In this document: positions 45,293 through 62,279 of the stretch, one piece after another
Position numbering within the stretch: the first letter of the stretch is position 1
How the letters are laid out: each line of letters starts with the position of its first letter
Assembly: GCF_009914755.1 (NCBI RefSeq)
Contig: NC_060934.1
Strand: one strand, 5' to 3'
Origin: the human T2T-CHM13v2.0 reference genome, Homo sapiens
DNA length: 64,000 bases
Position numbers and translations under genes: made by a program
Notes under the pieces: model-generated
Seen by the model: only the letters and a program-made list of their open reading frames with translations
What the model was told of the DNA's origin: nothing
The model's database searches: none

Positions 45293-47404
45293 TTAAGGAA
45301 CGCATTTGTTCTTACCTCTCAATTGCTTCCATTCCTTAAAAAAAAAAAAAGAATAACCAACAGCTGTATAAAGTCAGTGGGAAATGATTGCAAAATGGTT
45401 TGAAAAAGCTAGCATAAGTTCCATATACTCCAAGGGGTGGTAGCTTTCATAATATTATCAGTTAAAAAAATTATCTCATTAACCAAAATGTACAACAAAA
45501 GAAAAACTGATAATTTTGTGCCTTATTTCTCTTATACACTTTCCTTTAATTATTACTATACAGTTAAACCCTAAAGTAGAGACTTACTGGGTTCTTGACC
45601 ACCAGCCCTAGGGGAAAAACTGCTTTTGTACAAATCTCTGTTTATGATCTTGTATTCTCCAAAAGCTACAAAGGAACTCTGCAAAGCTGAAGATCAAAAG
45701 CTAACTCTGGGGAAAAGCTACAGTGATGGAGCAGCCAGCCAATAAGCAGAGATTACTGTCCACTGGAGACTTACAAGAGTAAGTTCAACAAGAGCCCTCT
45801 GATCCCAGAAACGAAAGGTCACTCTGCCCTAAAATGCAGCATATGGTTCTGTAATGGAGCACGGCCACATGAGATGAGTACTAAATATACGCAAAAAAAA
45901 AAAGCCCCACAGCCCAGAAAACCACTCCCTCTGCAATTCACTTACAGGCAAAGTAGTCAATAAATTATTGCTACTTCAAAAAAAATCTAAATAGGCTTAA
46001 CAACTTAGTAAATTACTATTTCATGGAAAAAATTCCAACCAAAGTTTAAATTTAAGAAAGTCAGCTGTAAAATGAATGATAATAAAAAAGAGCTTGACCA
46101 CACACACAGAAAAAAAAGTTAAAAAATTAACTTGTTAAAAAATGTTCTTAAAGAACGCTAAAAATACCTCACTCATGCACATATATGTATGTGTGTGTAT
46201 CTGTTGTATGAATGCATGTGCGTAAATATTAAAATAGGCTTTACTTTGAATAATACATAAAAAAGAAGCTCAACTAATCAATGACTTTTAGTTATATATA
46301 ACTCCTTAAATATATCATTCAGACTGATGAATATCACCTTGAAGATGATGATGAGGTACATATTATGATTTCTGATGCAGAGATGATGAAATTTCAGAAT
46401 TTAAAAACATAGTCCCACTGAGGAAGCACGAATGTACAGTCTATAAAGAAAACTGCCTCCACATCCTCCCTCCACCCACACCCCCTTCCGCAGAAGAGCG
46501 AGCATGCTGGTTGGAGGTGCTGGTCAACTAAACCAGGGCTAGGCTGGGGAACGGCCGGGCTGTGGCTCCTGCTCTCTCCTGCATGCCACCCCATGGAGAT
46601 GATCTTCTGTTTCACTCCCAACTGGCTCCCAGTCTGTTCCTCTATTCATAAAAACACAAGGTGGGGATTCAGCTAGATTTCTCTACCAATGCTCACATCC
46701 CAGTGCTGTGGAAAACAGACAACTTGCTGAGCATGCCCATGCTCCTTCCCATTCTGACAAGGCAGAGCTCTGCCTCTTCCTGAGCACAGTGACCTTAGGC
46801 AAGTCACCAGAACGCTGAGAATCAAAAACCTTGCATGTGGAATAAAGAGGGTCAACTAGGCGTCCCTGCAGGCTCTTCTCAGTTCTCACATGCCCTGCCC
46901 CAGCTGAGCACACCAACCCCAGCAGCAGTCTATATTTGGGCTGCTGACATGCTCCCCATCACCTTCCTCACCTTTCAGGCCCCAGGTGAGTCATCCCTTC
47001 TCCGAGAAGCCTTTCTGAGCCCCATAAGCTCTGACACTGGGCATCTCCCCTGATCACAGTCCTCACTGCCCTGTACTGGGACCAGGTTTATTTGCCATTT
47101 TCCCCTGTGCCCACCCCTACTGGACTGGAAATACCTTCATGGGAAGGTTCTGGTTTCTAGCCCCTGCCATCATTTTAGCACCAGCATGACAGAATAAATA
47201 CCGGCACACAGACTATCTTCTTAGAATTCAATAATGCAAGGCAACATGGTCTCAAACAAAAAGGAGCAAATACAACCAATACTCTGCTTCCAAAGATCTC
47301 ACCCGCTAGGAAGGGGAGAAAGATAAGTACACAAATTCCTGAAACAAGAACTTCAAGGAAAAAAACAGATCATAATGACATGTTCTCAAATCATTTTTCT
47401 ATAA

Positions 47405-48120
47405 ATGACTTATTAATGCCAAAGGAGAAGTGGTAATCTCACAGAGTTTAGATCTGGCCAACACCACCTTAAAGTAATCAGAGTTAACATCACCCATAGT
47501 GGAACAAACAGACAGCATGTTCCTCCAGATACCATGCACTGAGGAAGACACATCACTTCTGTGATATTCCTAGCCAAAATGTATAACCTGAATCCAATCA
47601 TGAAGAAATGTAAGGCAAACCCAAACTGAGGTACATTCTACAAACTAACAGGCCTATAGTCTTTAAAAATGTCAAGGTAATGAAGGGCAAAGAAACAGTC
47701 CCAGATTAAAGGAGACTAGAGACACGGAAACTACTGGAACTGACAAAATATGAGTGATTATAGACTAGATAACAGACTCCTATTAATGTTAAACTTCGTT
47801 CTGATTTTGTTGCTTACACTGGCTATGTAAGAGGCGATCCTTGTTTTTGGAAATACACACTGAGGGATTTGGAGAAAGGGGCATCAGATCTGCAACCTGC
47901 CCTCAGGTGGTTAGAAAACAGTAACCTCAGCTGTGAATCTACATGGAAAGAGGTGTGGGAGAGGGAGGGGAGGAATGGTAAAGCCAATGTGGCAAAATGT
48001 TTGCAAAATGCTAACAATCAGTGAATCTGGGTGAAGTGTTAAGAAGGTTTTCTTGTTTGTTTGTTCTTTTAAAATTCTTGCAACTTTCTGTTAAGTTTGA
48101 AATTATTTCAAAATAAATTT
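47405..48120 (+). mobile_element. L1MC/MD-type 3' UTR fragment
   Basis: aaaatgtataacctgaatccaatcatgaagaaa; aagtttgaaattatttcaaaataaa. Confidence 0.7.
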
Positions 48121-49461
48121 TTTTAAAAAAAAGAATGGTATAACAGGAGATTCAGAGAAAGAAGAGACTCCTTACAAAAGTTAACTGAAAATCATTCAAT
48201 CTCAAAATGTAAAATATATTAAAATTGTTTTTGACAATCTTTTAATCTTAAAGGTCTAAAATTCTTTTTCTAATTAAATACTCCAAAATACGAGAGCTTC
48301 CCTTTTGGTGGAAGGTCTCATCCCTGGCTCAGCCATGACCTGGTAGGCACAGGCCCACCCAAGAAGGGATGCACAGAAACCGTGCCTCCCACCCAGGCTG
48401 CAGCCTGCCATACAGGCCACAAACCACCCTATGGCTAACTTCACCTCCTGGCATTTCTGCCTGTGACCACCCCATTCCATCAGGCACCCGGGCCTGAAAC
48501 CTCAGGAGTCAGTCAGTCATTCACAGCAAGCTTAGCCCCTACTCCATCTCCTCGATCCTGTCAGCCTCCAAACCTTGTTTGTTCTGCCTAAAAATGCCAC
48601 CTGTGTCTCCTGCCCCACCATCTTTCTCAGACCACCACCCAAGATCAGGTCCAGGTCCTCATGGCCCTCACCCCAGTGGTTCCTGCAGGTCACTCAGTGC
48701 CAGCCTCCCTCTTGTGACTACCCTGTAGCCTGAGGAACCCCTGAGAACCAGCATCCTCCAGAGTCCTGCTCAGACACTTTCAGTAACCCAGCCCTCCCTG
48801 AGTGCCACTGCTTCCCTTTCAAGGCCCCACAGTTCTAGCATCCACAGCTTTTTAGCTATGCCCCCACAAGCATCTCCAATCCAGTCAAGTGGGTCTCTTC
48901 ACTGCGCCCTGCCACATATGGTGGCTGCATCCACACTGTTGCCCTAATCAAGAATGCCCTCACTCTCCATGGCCTACATTCCCAGAATCAGGTTAAGGGG
49001 CATGTCTCATTAAATCATCCCTGAACAGTCCAATCCTCCTAGTGTCCCCTTTTCTAAGTTTCTCCACTACTTTATAAGATGCACTACCCCAGTTTGCAGG
49101 ACTAAATTACATGCTGTTCCAAACTGATTTGTCCTTGTTTCATAATTTCTAACTGCTCTTCTGACCACATGTGACATCTTTTTAAACATCCCAGGAACAA
49201 TGCCAAAACTGTTTAATTTCCATTAAACAAGGAGATATTTTATTCTAGGGCTTTCCTCTCTGTGAATAGTTTTCATGATGTTTTAAGTGAAAAAATATGA
49301 TCAAGCAAAGATAATTTTGTGATTTTTTTTTTTTTTTTTTTAACCAGATACCAATTTATGAGCCTGGCCATCTTTCTCACATTCTGAATGACTTGGCTAC
49401 AAATTATAGTATTTAATAGGAGCACTTTAAATATTAAAATGCCAAAAGTATTATCATCCTA

Positions 49462-49647
<186 letters not shown>

Positions 49648-50126
49648 CTATTTGAGGAAAGGAAGCACCTTTTTATTAAATTTACCTTTTAGCAATCGCC
49701 ATTCCTACCCTAAAACGCTCCTCTGCAAATTATTTACACATTTACTCATCATTCTTGCATCATTTTGGTACTCTCCAAAACATACACATTTTATGCAATT
49801 ACAAATCCTTAATTACATTTAGATGAAAAAATGAGAAAGAATTTTTTCTTATTGTTGAAGCTGAATACTATAGATTAGAGTTGGGTTTGGTTACATTCTA
49901 ACAACTGGCCCCTACAAGAGACATTAAATAACATGAACAATCAGAATTAAAGACATGATTAAGGGCAAAAATAAAGAGTTTTCTGCATTAAGGAAAATGC
50001 ACATTTTAAATTTCTTGTGCAGTTGGCACAAGGAAAGATTCAATAAATGTGTTACTAAAAGCAGATAGTTTATTCTGAATTAATTATTCTTCTCCACCTG
50101 GAAATCTCCCTTGTTAAAAGAGGTCA

Positions 50127-50357
<231 letters not shown>

Positions 50358-50780
50358 TCATGACACAATCTAAAGTACTTTATAAAAATGCACAAATACA
50401 AACATAACATGCACAATCACAGACATTATCAGCACTGGAAGTGTACTTGTTAACCTGGCAAGTAGTAAACGCTGACTAATACAGCCGTTATTAGGGGAAG
50501 GAGACTCTCAAAAAGATGACAAAGTTATAATACATATATTTATAAATATATACATATATTAAATTATTATTTTTATTTTTTCAAAACATCCTTTGTGTCC
50601 ATTCTTGTCAAAACAACAATGTGGATGGAAAATATATTAATTTAAAACAAAAGCAAGAAAATAAGAGAAAATCCAAAGAGACAAGGCAGACAAATCTAGG
50701 ATCTCTAACAATGTATAACAAGAATTCCAGGACAGAGTGAAAAGGATATAAAAGCAATGATTTTAAAATGATAGAAAAAA

Positions 50781-51092
<312 letters not shown>

Positions 51093-51240
51093 ATGTTAGA
51101 AAACAATCACCATAAATGGAGCCGAGATTTGAATCTACAGAACAAAACATCTCCCAGAGTGTCAGGCAGAGACACTAAGAAAAAGACGCATCTGTAGACA
51201 TATCTTACTAGATGTCTGAATTCCAAAAATAAATAAAAAC

Positions 51241-51533
51241 AGCCAGGCAAAGTGGCTTATGTCTGTAATCTCAGCACTTTGGGAGGCTGAGGGAGGAGAA
51301 TCGCTTGAGGCCAGGAGTTCAAGACTAGCCTGAACAACAAAGCAAGACCCTGTCTCTACAAAAAATAAAAAAATTAGCACTGCATGGTGGTGCACAGCTG
51401 CAGTGCCAGCTACTTAGCAGGCTCAGGCAAGAAGATCCCTTGAGCTCAGGAGTTAGAGTCTACAGTGAGCTATAATCTCACCACTGCATTCCAGGCTAGA
51501 CAACGGCGCAGGATCCTGACTCAAAAGAGAAAA
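51241..51533 (+). mobile_element. Alu (AluJ-like, diverged)
   Basis: Dimeric Alu body. Confidence 0.9.
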
Positions 51534-51929
51534 ATGTTTTTAAAAATAAGGAGAAAATGTCATAGATTCTAGTCAGAACAAAACAGAAAAAGAAAATATT
51601 CCCTTCAGAGGAAAAAGACTACCTGCATCAGACATCTTTTCTGCAACACTAAAAATGTCCGAAGGCAAAGAGGAAAATCTTTACGTAATTCTAAGAAGGA
51701 AAAGTGGTGACCATGGATTCTACATCAATCCAAACTAGCAGTCATGCTTGATGAATAAAATAAACAAATTCCAGCTTCAGATAGGCAAGGACTTGGAAGA
51801 TCAGTCACCAAGAGATTGGCTAACTACAGTGCACTGCACCCAGACAGTGGAGTGGTGCAGTCGTGGACAAAGAGGAAGGCATGCACAAATGCCATGCCCT
51901 GAAGAAGGAAAGACAGCAATGCTCCTGCA

Positions 51930-52110
51930 CCACATTCTCACCACAGACCATGCTCACAGCAGCTCCCCAAGGAAGGACAGAGGGGCCATCACTAACCCCA
52001 TTTTACAGATGAGGGAACTGGGGCTTGGAAATGGTAACTAATGTACCAGGTCACGCAGCTGCTAAGTGGTGGAGTCAGAATTCGAATGGAGAAAGGCAGC
52101 CAAATCCAAA
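51930..52110. mobile_element. MIR
   Basis: ccccattttacagatgagggaactggggc core. Confidence 0.75.
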
Positions 52111-55100
52111 GCTAGTACTATTGACACTAGGCTACACTACCTCCTACTAAAATATAAAAGAAAAAGTTTAAAAAGAAGATTGTATGTGATATACATACCA
52201 TTTAAAATAAATCATTAAAGCATAACAACAAAGCCTAAATATTAAACACTTAAATATGAATGAAACTGTTAAGAGGGGATCTAAAATATTAAAAGGTATA
52301 TATTTTTAAATGTTACTGTAATTCCTGTTCAGTTTCATAAAAGCTGGATTGAGATTAAGGGAAAATAAAAGTGAACTAAAAATTCCACCCTGTCCAATGG
52401 TAGAAAGGTACACAGGCAATAGATATTTAATTCTTAACTATGTGAGAAAAATATGTTAAAATACATTTGCCAAAACTTTATGCTGATTACTGAGTAACAG
52501 TTGCTACTTCCACCTAAAAACTAGAAAATAGAATGTAGAACTATCAAACCATTACAGAGGAAAATAATAGAAAATAGCAAAAATCAGGACAATATAAAAC
52601 AGAAAACAAAATACCAGGTTTCAAACTAAACCTAGTAACCCACCACAAGACAGTGAGTTATTAACAGGGAGACATTCCACTGGGTAAGGCAAAAACCTAG
52701 CCTTCTGTTTAAAAGAGACCCAAACCAGACTGGCACTGAAAGTTGTAATATGGGAATTATCAAAGATATATCAAAGAAATGCCAACCAAAAAAGGGCAGG
52801 CTTAGCAATGTAAATATGAAACAAAAAGGAGTGAACAGAAAGAGGGATATTTTATATTTTAATGGGGATGCCACAATAAGAAAAAAGAACCATGAACCTT
52901 TACCTACCAAAACGCACAGCAATAAACACAAAAGCAGGGCCCTTAGAGCTGTCAAAATGACACATCCACAGCCTACCCAGAGAGCTGACCACAGCCTCTC
53001 TGAGAGAAAGTCAGATCAAAGAAAATAAAACATTTACAAAGAGGATGCAAAGGATTTGAGTATCACCATCAGACCTCCTTTCAACAGTGATCAGCAGCAC
53101 TTTAGACTATACAAAGAATATTCATTCTTTACAAACACTCTATTAAGAAAAGCTGAAATCAAAGAGAGCAGTCAACTTAGCCTCCCAAAAAAGGAAAATG
53201 AGAGAATTAGTAAGATAAAAATTAGTGGGTATTAAAAAAACTGGTAGAATTGATAAAGCAAAATAATAATAACTCTTTGGAAAGACTAAACCAAACAAAC
53301 CTCTGAAAAGTGAGCCAAAATAACAGACTGAGATGTACAGCATCAGAAATGTCAAAGGAACACAATTACAGATGTAGAGAATACAAAAGTGTTAACCAAT
53401 ATACATGCTACAAAATCTGAACATTTTGACAGATATGATAGCTAAAAAGTTCGTTGCAAAAATGGACCCAAGAAAAATCAGACCAACAGAACAAACCAAT
53501 ACTGAACAATGTGAAAAAGATGTTATACTCTTCTCACCAAAAGTCTACCAGACCCAAAGGGGTTTTATGAGTAAAGTAGGACTAGATCCTATTACTGAAA
53601 TTGTTCCAAAATATAGAAAAAGAATGGATTCCAATCATTGTTACAAGGCTAGCAAACCCTGTTTTCAAAACTGACACAGCACACTTATGAGTGTGCATAC
53701 ACGCCTCTAAACTAGAGATCCACTACTTTACAGATAAAACCTAGTAATATATTAACCTACTAAAGGCTTATCACAGGAATACAAGAATAGCTATCAGGAA
53801 GCCTAATATAATTCATGTAATCACAATCATCTAATACAAATTTTATAAAATTCAACATCTTCAAAAAATGGTAATTTTATATCTTCTTAAAGAACTAGGA
53901 TTAAAATGTGTTTTAATTCAACAGAGTATAAAAGGGTACAAGAAAGGCTAAGAAAATCTGAAGGAACAAAATAAAGAGACATTGTCTTCTCATATGTTGT
54001 AATTCATGTAACATTCAAAGAGTTAATACAATTGCTGCAGAGAATAACCACAATGCCTGGACCTATTAATAATTTGACAGGTGTGTGCCATACTTTTATT
54101 ACTATTATGACTACTCATCTTCCATCTTCCCATTCACAAAATTCGACACCTGCACAATACCATATTGAAGGCCACATCTGAAAGACCCATTTCCTGACTT
54201 TTGACCTCACAAGAATACAGCAATAAACGCCTTGGGGTGCACAACGGCCTTAAAAACACACGTACGGGTTCCCTCAGGACTCCCTCGCCACCAGCCCCAC
54301 TTAGCTGCTGGTGCCAGTGAAGAAAGCAGTCTGCCCAGAGAAAAACCATCCACCTTTAGCACCTCACCTGGTCAGACCTGCGACCTTTAGAAGCCAAAGC
54401 CGAAATGAATTCTGGACATCACCTAGTGTAGCTGGAGCTTTCCCACAGTTACCAAATGAGACACCAAGCTTCCCAAATGTATACCACTGGAATGATGTTT
54501 AGTTTCTTATGCTTGCTTAAGGATTGAAATTTATCTGGAAAATTCTAAATATTATTATAGGTATAGAAATGTTAGCTATAGAAATACAAAACTTCCTGTG
54601 TTCAGGAAGATGTATTAATGATTAACAAGAATTAAAAAGATGCTTATGTAAAAAGAACAAGAAATTGTTCAAAATGTCCCAGTTGAAAATATAATCTCCA
54701 CTTAGCCACTGGGCAAAACCCCATCTAAGACTATTTGTTATCACCTGATTCAATCGCAGAATTCTATAGCTGCCTAGACTGGAGTTTCAATAATGGTGAA
54801 TTGTTGAATATTATGGACGGCTCTATCCAAACACTTAAGACAAATCATCTCGGGCGGTTTCAAATTAAAAGCTTGTAAAATATGTAACCTCTCCTAGTTT
54901 TTGCAATTAATAGGGTACATCTGCAATTAGCCTGACTTACTGAATGCAGTGCTGTTGTCATTAGAAGATGTCTGTGAAAGGGCTGCTGTTATTATGGAGG
55001 CTCAAGAGACCAATCCCTCCTAGAGGGCAAACAGTGGACTGGTGGAAAACAACAGCCATAAATCACACTGTCAGGCGGCGGGGAGAGGAGCGAAGCACAG

Positions 55101-55531
55101 GCACATGAAGGCCATTCACAGGAAACACAGTACAGCCGCTTCCTAGGCAGGATTTACTGCACCTGTAATTAATTAAAATTTCCTTCAAGCTAAATCTTTA
55201 ATAAACAAGGATTTGTGCTGACAATAAGAAAAAAAAGGGCTCCAGCAACACAATTTTACAACATACCTCGCAGAACAAGCCCAGCATCTATCATGTCTTC
55301 TATAAGGTGTATACACTGACTCTAAAGTTAATAGGAATGATACCACTTTGCATTCTATTATAATTTGTGTACTCAGAATGTGTCTGAAATATTTCAGATG
55401 CTTAAGGAATAATGTGGCCTCTTTCTTTTTTTTTTTTTTTTTAAGTTTTTTACTCCCTTCTAGCTTTTTTTAAAGCCACGTCTTTTTGCTCTAGTGTTTC
55501 AGAAAACAGGCCCTTTTAAAGAACATGTTGA

Positions 55532-55865
<334 letters not shown>

Positions 55866-56094
55866 ATTATTTGCTTTTTTAACCACGCCCTGCACTTCAC
55901 TGTTTCCATCTGGGGCCAAATGTATCTGAACATGAGAATAAAAGGTCTAGATGATCTTGAATGACCATGAACATTTTTGATAAAGTAGATGTGTACCTTC
56001 TCTCTAGACTACATACTGAGTCAATCAGCAATGCCTCATTCAGCATCTTTTCTTTTCCCAACTACTGAGGTGAAGAGGCCTAAATATTCTTTGT

Positions 56095-56330
56095 TTCTAA
56101 CAACAGCAAGAATTACCTGAGTAAATGTTACCTATTAGGGACCACACTAAGCTCTTCATACATACATATTAACCCAAAAAGTCCTAACAAGTTTACCAAA
56201 ATTTACCCATTTTATAAGTGATCAAATCAGGCTCAGGAAGGCAAGTGATTCGCCCAAGCTTGCAAAGTTATAAAACAGCAGATCCAAGATTCGAACCCTG
56301 GTCTTGTAAGCACAAAACCAATGCACTTAA
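56095..56330. mobile_element. MIR
   Basis: cccattttataagtg...ggctcag...gattcgaaccc. Confidence 0.65.
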
Positions 56331-57099
56331 AACTGCATGCTCTTGTTGCTTTTCCCACTCTTATGCATCTACATGTCATGAATTGATCAAAACGAAACAA
56401 AACTCTTTAAATTACCTAAGATGTTACAGAACTACTAGAGACTACGTAGCAAAAAAAGGTAGGAGAGAGACAACTGTTTCAGAACATAAGCAATTTATCA
56501 TTATGTATCTTCCAATAAATTGAAAAAAAAATCCTTAATCATTAAATAAACTTTACAAGACAGTGCTAAAGATGTCACCACCTACTGTGAGTTATGGGAT
56601 AGGTATCACAAGACTGCCTTCTTTATCTCTTCATTTACTACATTTTCTTTCCCCAAGGAAAGAGTTGGCTTTTTAAGGTTAGTTAAAAACATCCTTTATT
56701 TTTTTTGAGCCCTAGCAACATCAAACACCTGAAATGCAGTGTTTATTGTTGTTTTAACAAATAAATATTAATCAACTCACATGAAAGTTGCTCTATATTA
56801 GAAAAAAGGATCACTAAATATAATCAGAAAAAGGAAATCTTGAACTTTTATTAAATGCGATTTCAAGTGACCATTAAAAGAGATTCAGAAGCCTAAAAAT
56901 TTCTTTATCAGATTTCATCATTTGGTTGAAACTATCAGTTGTATATTTTTTTGCATGGCTGCTGGGTGTACATTTGACAATTCTAAATTATGCTGCCAAT
57001 CAGAGACTATTAACAAAGATAACATAGGATCAAAGGGTGAGAGAGGTGGGAAGCTAAAGGGCAACTTGGGGAAGAAGAATGATAGATGTGCTTAATTGA

Positions 57100-57436
<337 letters not shown>

Positions 57437-59894
57437 AATTTTCAAAATTTATGTCATACCAGCTACAACAAAGCATTTGGAAAATAAAGATAATCTACTT
57501 GAACGATAAACAAAACAATTCTGGCATTATTATTCTTTTAAATATTTCTAAAGAGAAATTCTCTTCTCTTCCCTGTTCCTAATACATCCAGTATTGAATG
57601 TCCCAATGTCAGAGTACCATTATTAAATTCAGACAGAACAGCTGGTGGGCACAGAAAGCTCATCCACTGTAAAAAGAAATCACAGCTGATAAGGAAGTCA
57701 GGCATTAGACGCTGAGTTAGAGGACGAATCACCACAAACAGAATTTTTGAAATATGAATAAGAAACATAGACTCTATTGTAATTTAACACACGTGTAAGC
57801 CAGCAGGTATGCATGTGTGGTGACAGAGATCTGCACATACACAGAAGATCGAAGGTGCAGAGGAAGCAAATACCCCTTCAGTAGTTGAATCCAGAAACCA
57901 AAGTTATGATCTTAGAAATGTCAATAGTAAGGCCTATGGAAAGGAACTATTAATACATTTCCAATGTGTCGTCACCACAAATAAGCCAATATTAACATTA
58001 ATGAAAAGTAATAAATATAGGGCTTCTAAGTTAAGAATATAGTTTGATACATATAAAAGTACATATTTTTGATCTTTTGCCTAACAGTTTACATCTTTAG
58101 TGATCTAAGATACTTTATAATGGAAAAGGAACAGTAGGAAGAGTTAAGAGTTTGAGTAAAAACACAAGGAAACTGTAATGCTGTTTTTCCTCAAAAGTTA
58201 ATTAAGAATCTTCAAGTTAGAGTCCTTGGTAAACTGTAAAACACTGAAAAAATTATTAACAACCATATGTATGCAAGTGTCTGTGAAGGTAAAACAACCT
58301 CAGAAGGTAAAGCCACTGCAACCAAAAGTGAAATATCTCTTCTTAGAAGTTTGCCCTCCAAAGTCAAGGAGACAAATTTCACCAAATTTACTGTCAATTC
58401 TATTTCCATAATGAGTCCATGTATGTGGTTTACACGAAGGCAGTTCTTCAAACTATGGTGACAAAGGAACTGGAGGCAAGCCATGATCCAGGTGAAGGTG
58501 TCCAATACACACACTTTACTACCCCAAAAGAAAATGAAAGGAATAACATTTTTTTAAATTGCCTTTATAAGACGAACATCAGCTAATGAGTCCTGCCACA
58601 GGATTTTGCAGCACAAAACACTAAGAGATGTTAACAGATAACAGAAATGAAAAAGGAACCACAAATGTTTTACAAGGGTAGTGACAGGATAGTTTAAGGT
58701 TTGACAAACAATTTAAGGTTTGACTAGACAACAATCTATACTGCTATTATCTTCATACTGCTAAAAATCACTTTTTATAACTCACAGCATTTACCCTAAT
58801 TTATTAATTATCTTATCCAGTTTATTTTCCATTTATCACTTAAAATTCTGGGCAAAGTCAGTTGGTTTTAACAATAACAGTGTAAGCAAAATTCCATCTC
58901 GCCTTATTTGTGCTACCAAACCATAGATTTTTCTGAGTCACTTCTATCAAAAGTTTGCTTTTCCATGAACACAAACACAACAGGAATCCTGGAGTTTCGT
59001 GGTCCCCGTGCATCTGACTCCGTGAGGCAAACACTCCATAGCCCTTGCAGCCGGCACTGCTTTCCTGGGCCCTGAGAACGAACTCAAGAGCTCAGAAGAC
59101 TCAGGAAAGAAAGAACTAGCTCCTAAGAGACTGCTGCTTCTCCCCAATAATGTAACCTGCAAATTCACAGTGAAACTGCGTGATTATTATTTATTCAGCA
59201 AATGCTTATGGGTCACCCGGGATATAAAAATGAATCAGACACAGTCCCTACTCAACAGAGCTCACAGTCTGGATGGTTAGACAGATGAGAAGAAAAAAGG
59301 AAGAATACAACGTATCTATGCTACCCACAGGAGCACAGATAAAGCTCTTTTTTGATACTGTGATATTACCAAACTCTAAGTGAAGAAATACAACTGTCAA
59401 TACATGACGATCAAGGATTCAAGGAACAAAACACAACTAAAAAGCAACAATACTTGCGAAATTCTCAAGATGGAAGGTTAAATGCATACTAACAAATGCA
59501 TTTACCAATTAAGAGTTGTTATTTTACTTCTGTATCCACCTTCCTAAAACTGTTTGAAGCCACTAATGCGCAAAGTCTCTCCTTACTGGACGCAGCCACC
59601 TGACTTATGACTCCAACCCACACTGCCAGGCTTGTGCCCTGTCTGAGATGATTCGTATTTTACTGGACAACAGACATTGTCACAACACCACCACAGACTG
59701 TTAGAACAATAAGACCTATATTCATAACTGTTCTGAAAACACAGAGCTCTAAAGTAAGTCAATAATAATAAATTAACTTTAAATGCAGGAAAAAAAACAC
59801 AGGAATATACATTTGAGAAACACATGGATCAGAGAAAAACCAAATATGTAAAATGGAGGGCATTAAAACAAAACAAAAAGGTACTGAAATATTA

Positions 59895-60134
<240 letters not shown>

Positions 60135-60919
60135 TCAAAAAAACAATGCTAACTATGGAAATTTATTGATATTTTCTTTAAGAAAAAGTTACTGATGTTA
60201 AAACCCAGTAAGTAAAATCTCCATAATCTCATTCATCAATTAGTGGATGTAGGTGTTAAGAGAAAACACTTAATAATATATTAAGAGATATAACATCTAT
60301 AGTAACATAAAAGATAATCAAATATTATTTAACAAAAATACTCTTTTCCCTTCTACTACAGATTAGTGAAGTTTTTATACAGTGTATCTTAACCTAAGTG
60401 AACATAATAGAATCTTAAATTTGTCTGAAGTTTTATAGTCTACCAAGAGTTTTCAAGCCACAGAATTTCAATCTCACTGCCCTAGGAAGCAAGTAGGCCA
60501 GAAATGCTCCACTGATGGGGGCTCATAAGGCTGGCATGGCCCAGGTGACATGGCTACCAGGGGACAGAGGGCTGCCTAGCAGCCAGTCTTCACTTACTGC
60601 AGCCTGTCCTCACTACACCACCCTGCCTGCTCCTCTACACCACCAAAGCACCATGGAGGAGCATCCGAGCGAGTGTTCTCTCCTGGGAAGCCCACACCGA
60701 CAGTGTACAAGCTGGCACTGCTGTGTGGGCAGGTAGTTCGGCAGCAAAATCAAGAGCCTCAACAGCACCCATGCATTGACCCAGCAATCCCAATAAAAAC
60801 ATTTACACACTGGGATACACACTGGAGCATTCTTTATACTGCAGAAAAAGTGGGTGCTACCTATGTCCATGGAGAAGAGGAAAGCTGAATGAACTATCCC
60901 ATTTCTTTAACAAAGCATG

Positions 60920-61140
60920 GGCCAGTGGTTAGAGGCACTGCCTGGATCTGAATCCAACTCTGCACACATTGTATGATCTCGGGCACACCATTTAACCTCT
61001 GGGAACGTCAGTTTTTCATTTTCAAATGGGAATAATAACAGTATTGATCTTATAGGGTTATTACGAAGATTAAATCAGTTAACATCTGTAAAGTGCTTAG
61101 AACAGGACCATATAGAAAATACTATAAGATTCTGTTAAAT
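60920..61140. mobile_element. MIR
   Basis: tcagtttttcattttcaaatgggaataataacagta...tgtaaagtgcttagaacag. Confidence 0.75.
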
Positions 61141-62279
61141 AAGATGGAATATCATATAACTATTAAAATCATTTTGAAGAAGTTAATAAACTAGAAAAAT
61201 GTTCATCATAATTTTTAAAAATTATTTATGGAATCACCCCAATTTCCTTAGACATAGGTATACGTAGAAAAACTGGTTGTGGCCATTGTCTCAACATGCA
61301 TTCCCCTCTCCCTTTTTCCTGAAGAATCAGATCTCTGCAGGTGCCCTCCTTCTTCCTTACTGCAGACACACAGTTTATGGGACTCTGACCACTGCCTGGC
61401 TCAGAAGCAGGAATCCTGGCTCATCTATAACCTGTCAGTGCATGGTACTCCCCTGAAACTCTCACTAGTCCATGAAGCTGGCCTGGCAAGACTGACCAAC
61501 TTTGTAAGGAAAAATTACATTCTGGGTTGGGAGAGACTTTTCTCTCCTGGTCTTTCTGGCTACATGTACAGACCAATGGTCACTGGGTTACAGTGATAAG
61601 GAGATCTAATGATTACAAGGACACCTGGCCTTAGGCAAAAATTAAAGTATCTGGGTCCCTGAAGACATCATTGAGCTGCTGATCATGCTGTGTCCACAGC
61701 CTCCCCCTCTGTAGGTTTCTAGGTGTACCATACATTTGTGAATGTTTAACCCAATTTGAGGCCAGGTTTCACTTAGGTGCAGTCAAATATCCTGATACAT
61801 CCTACACTGTATTCCCTGTCTGCATCTGCACTCCTCCTGCCCTTCTGGGACAAAGGGACAGTGTCCCTTTTCTTGTTTGAGACCAATCCCTTTAGCTAAG
61901 CTCTTGAGCTTGTATCTCCACAAGCGGCACTCCCATTACTGTAGCCCATTAACCTTCAGTCTTGCTGGGAGTTGGGTGCCAGTCAGTGCATAAGAAGAAA
62001 ATTAAGCAGAAGTCAAAACTAACCGTGGCAACCTCTTCAACAACACTCAGCTCATGCTACAAGAGGCAACTAAAAACTGGGATTGACTGAGGGCATCACA
62101 GGGCCACACGCCTGCCTCTCACACACCTGGAGCAGAGTCACTGCACTCTGCACACTGTCATTCCTCTCCTCCACTCCCTTTTCCTGCCCCACAAAGATGT
62201 TGACTGTGTGAAGCAAAATGCACATACATTACTCCACTGTATACACTACCCCTTCTATCTCACTAATTCCCACAATTTC

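Noticed and set aside
56270-56310. tRNA-like B-box (gattcgaaccc)
   Set aside because: Part of a MIR; no cloverleaf structure.
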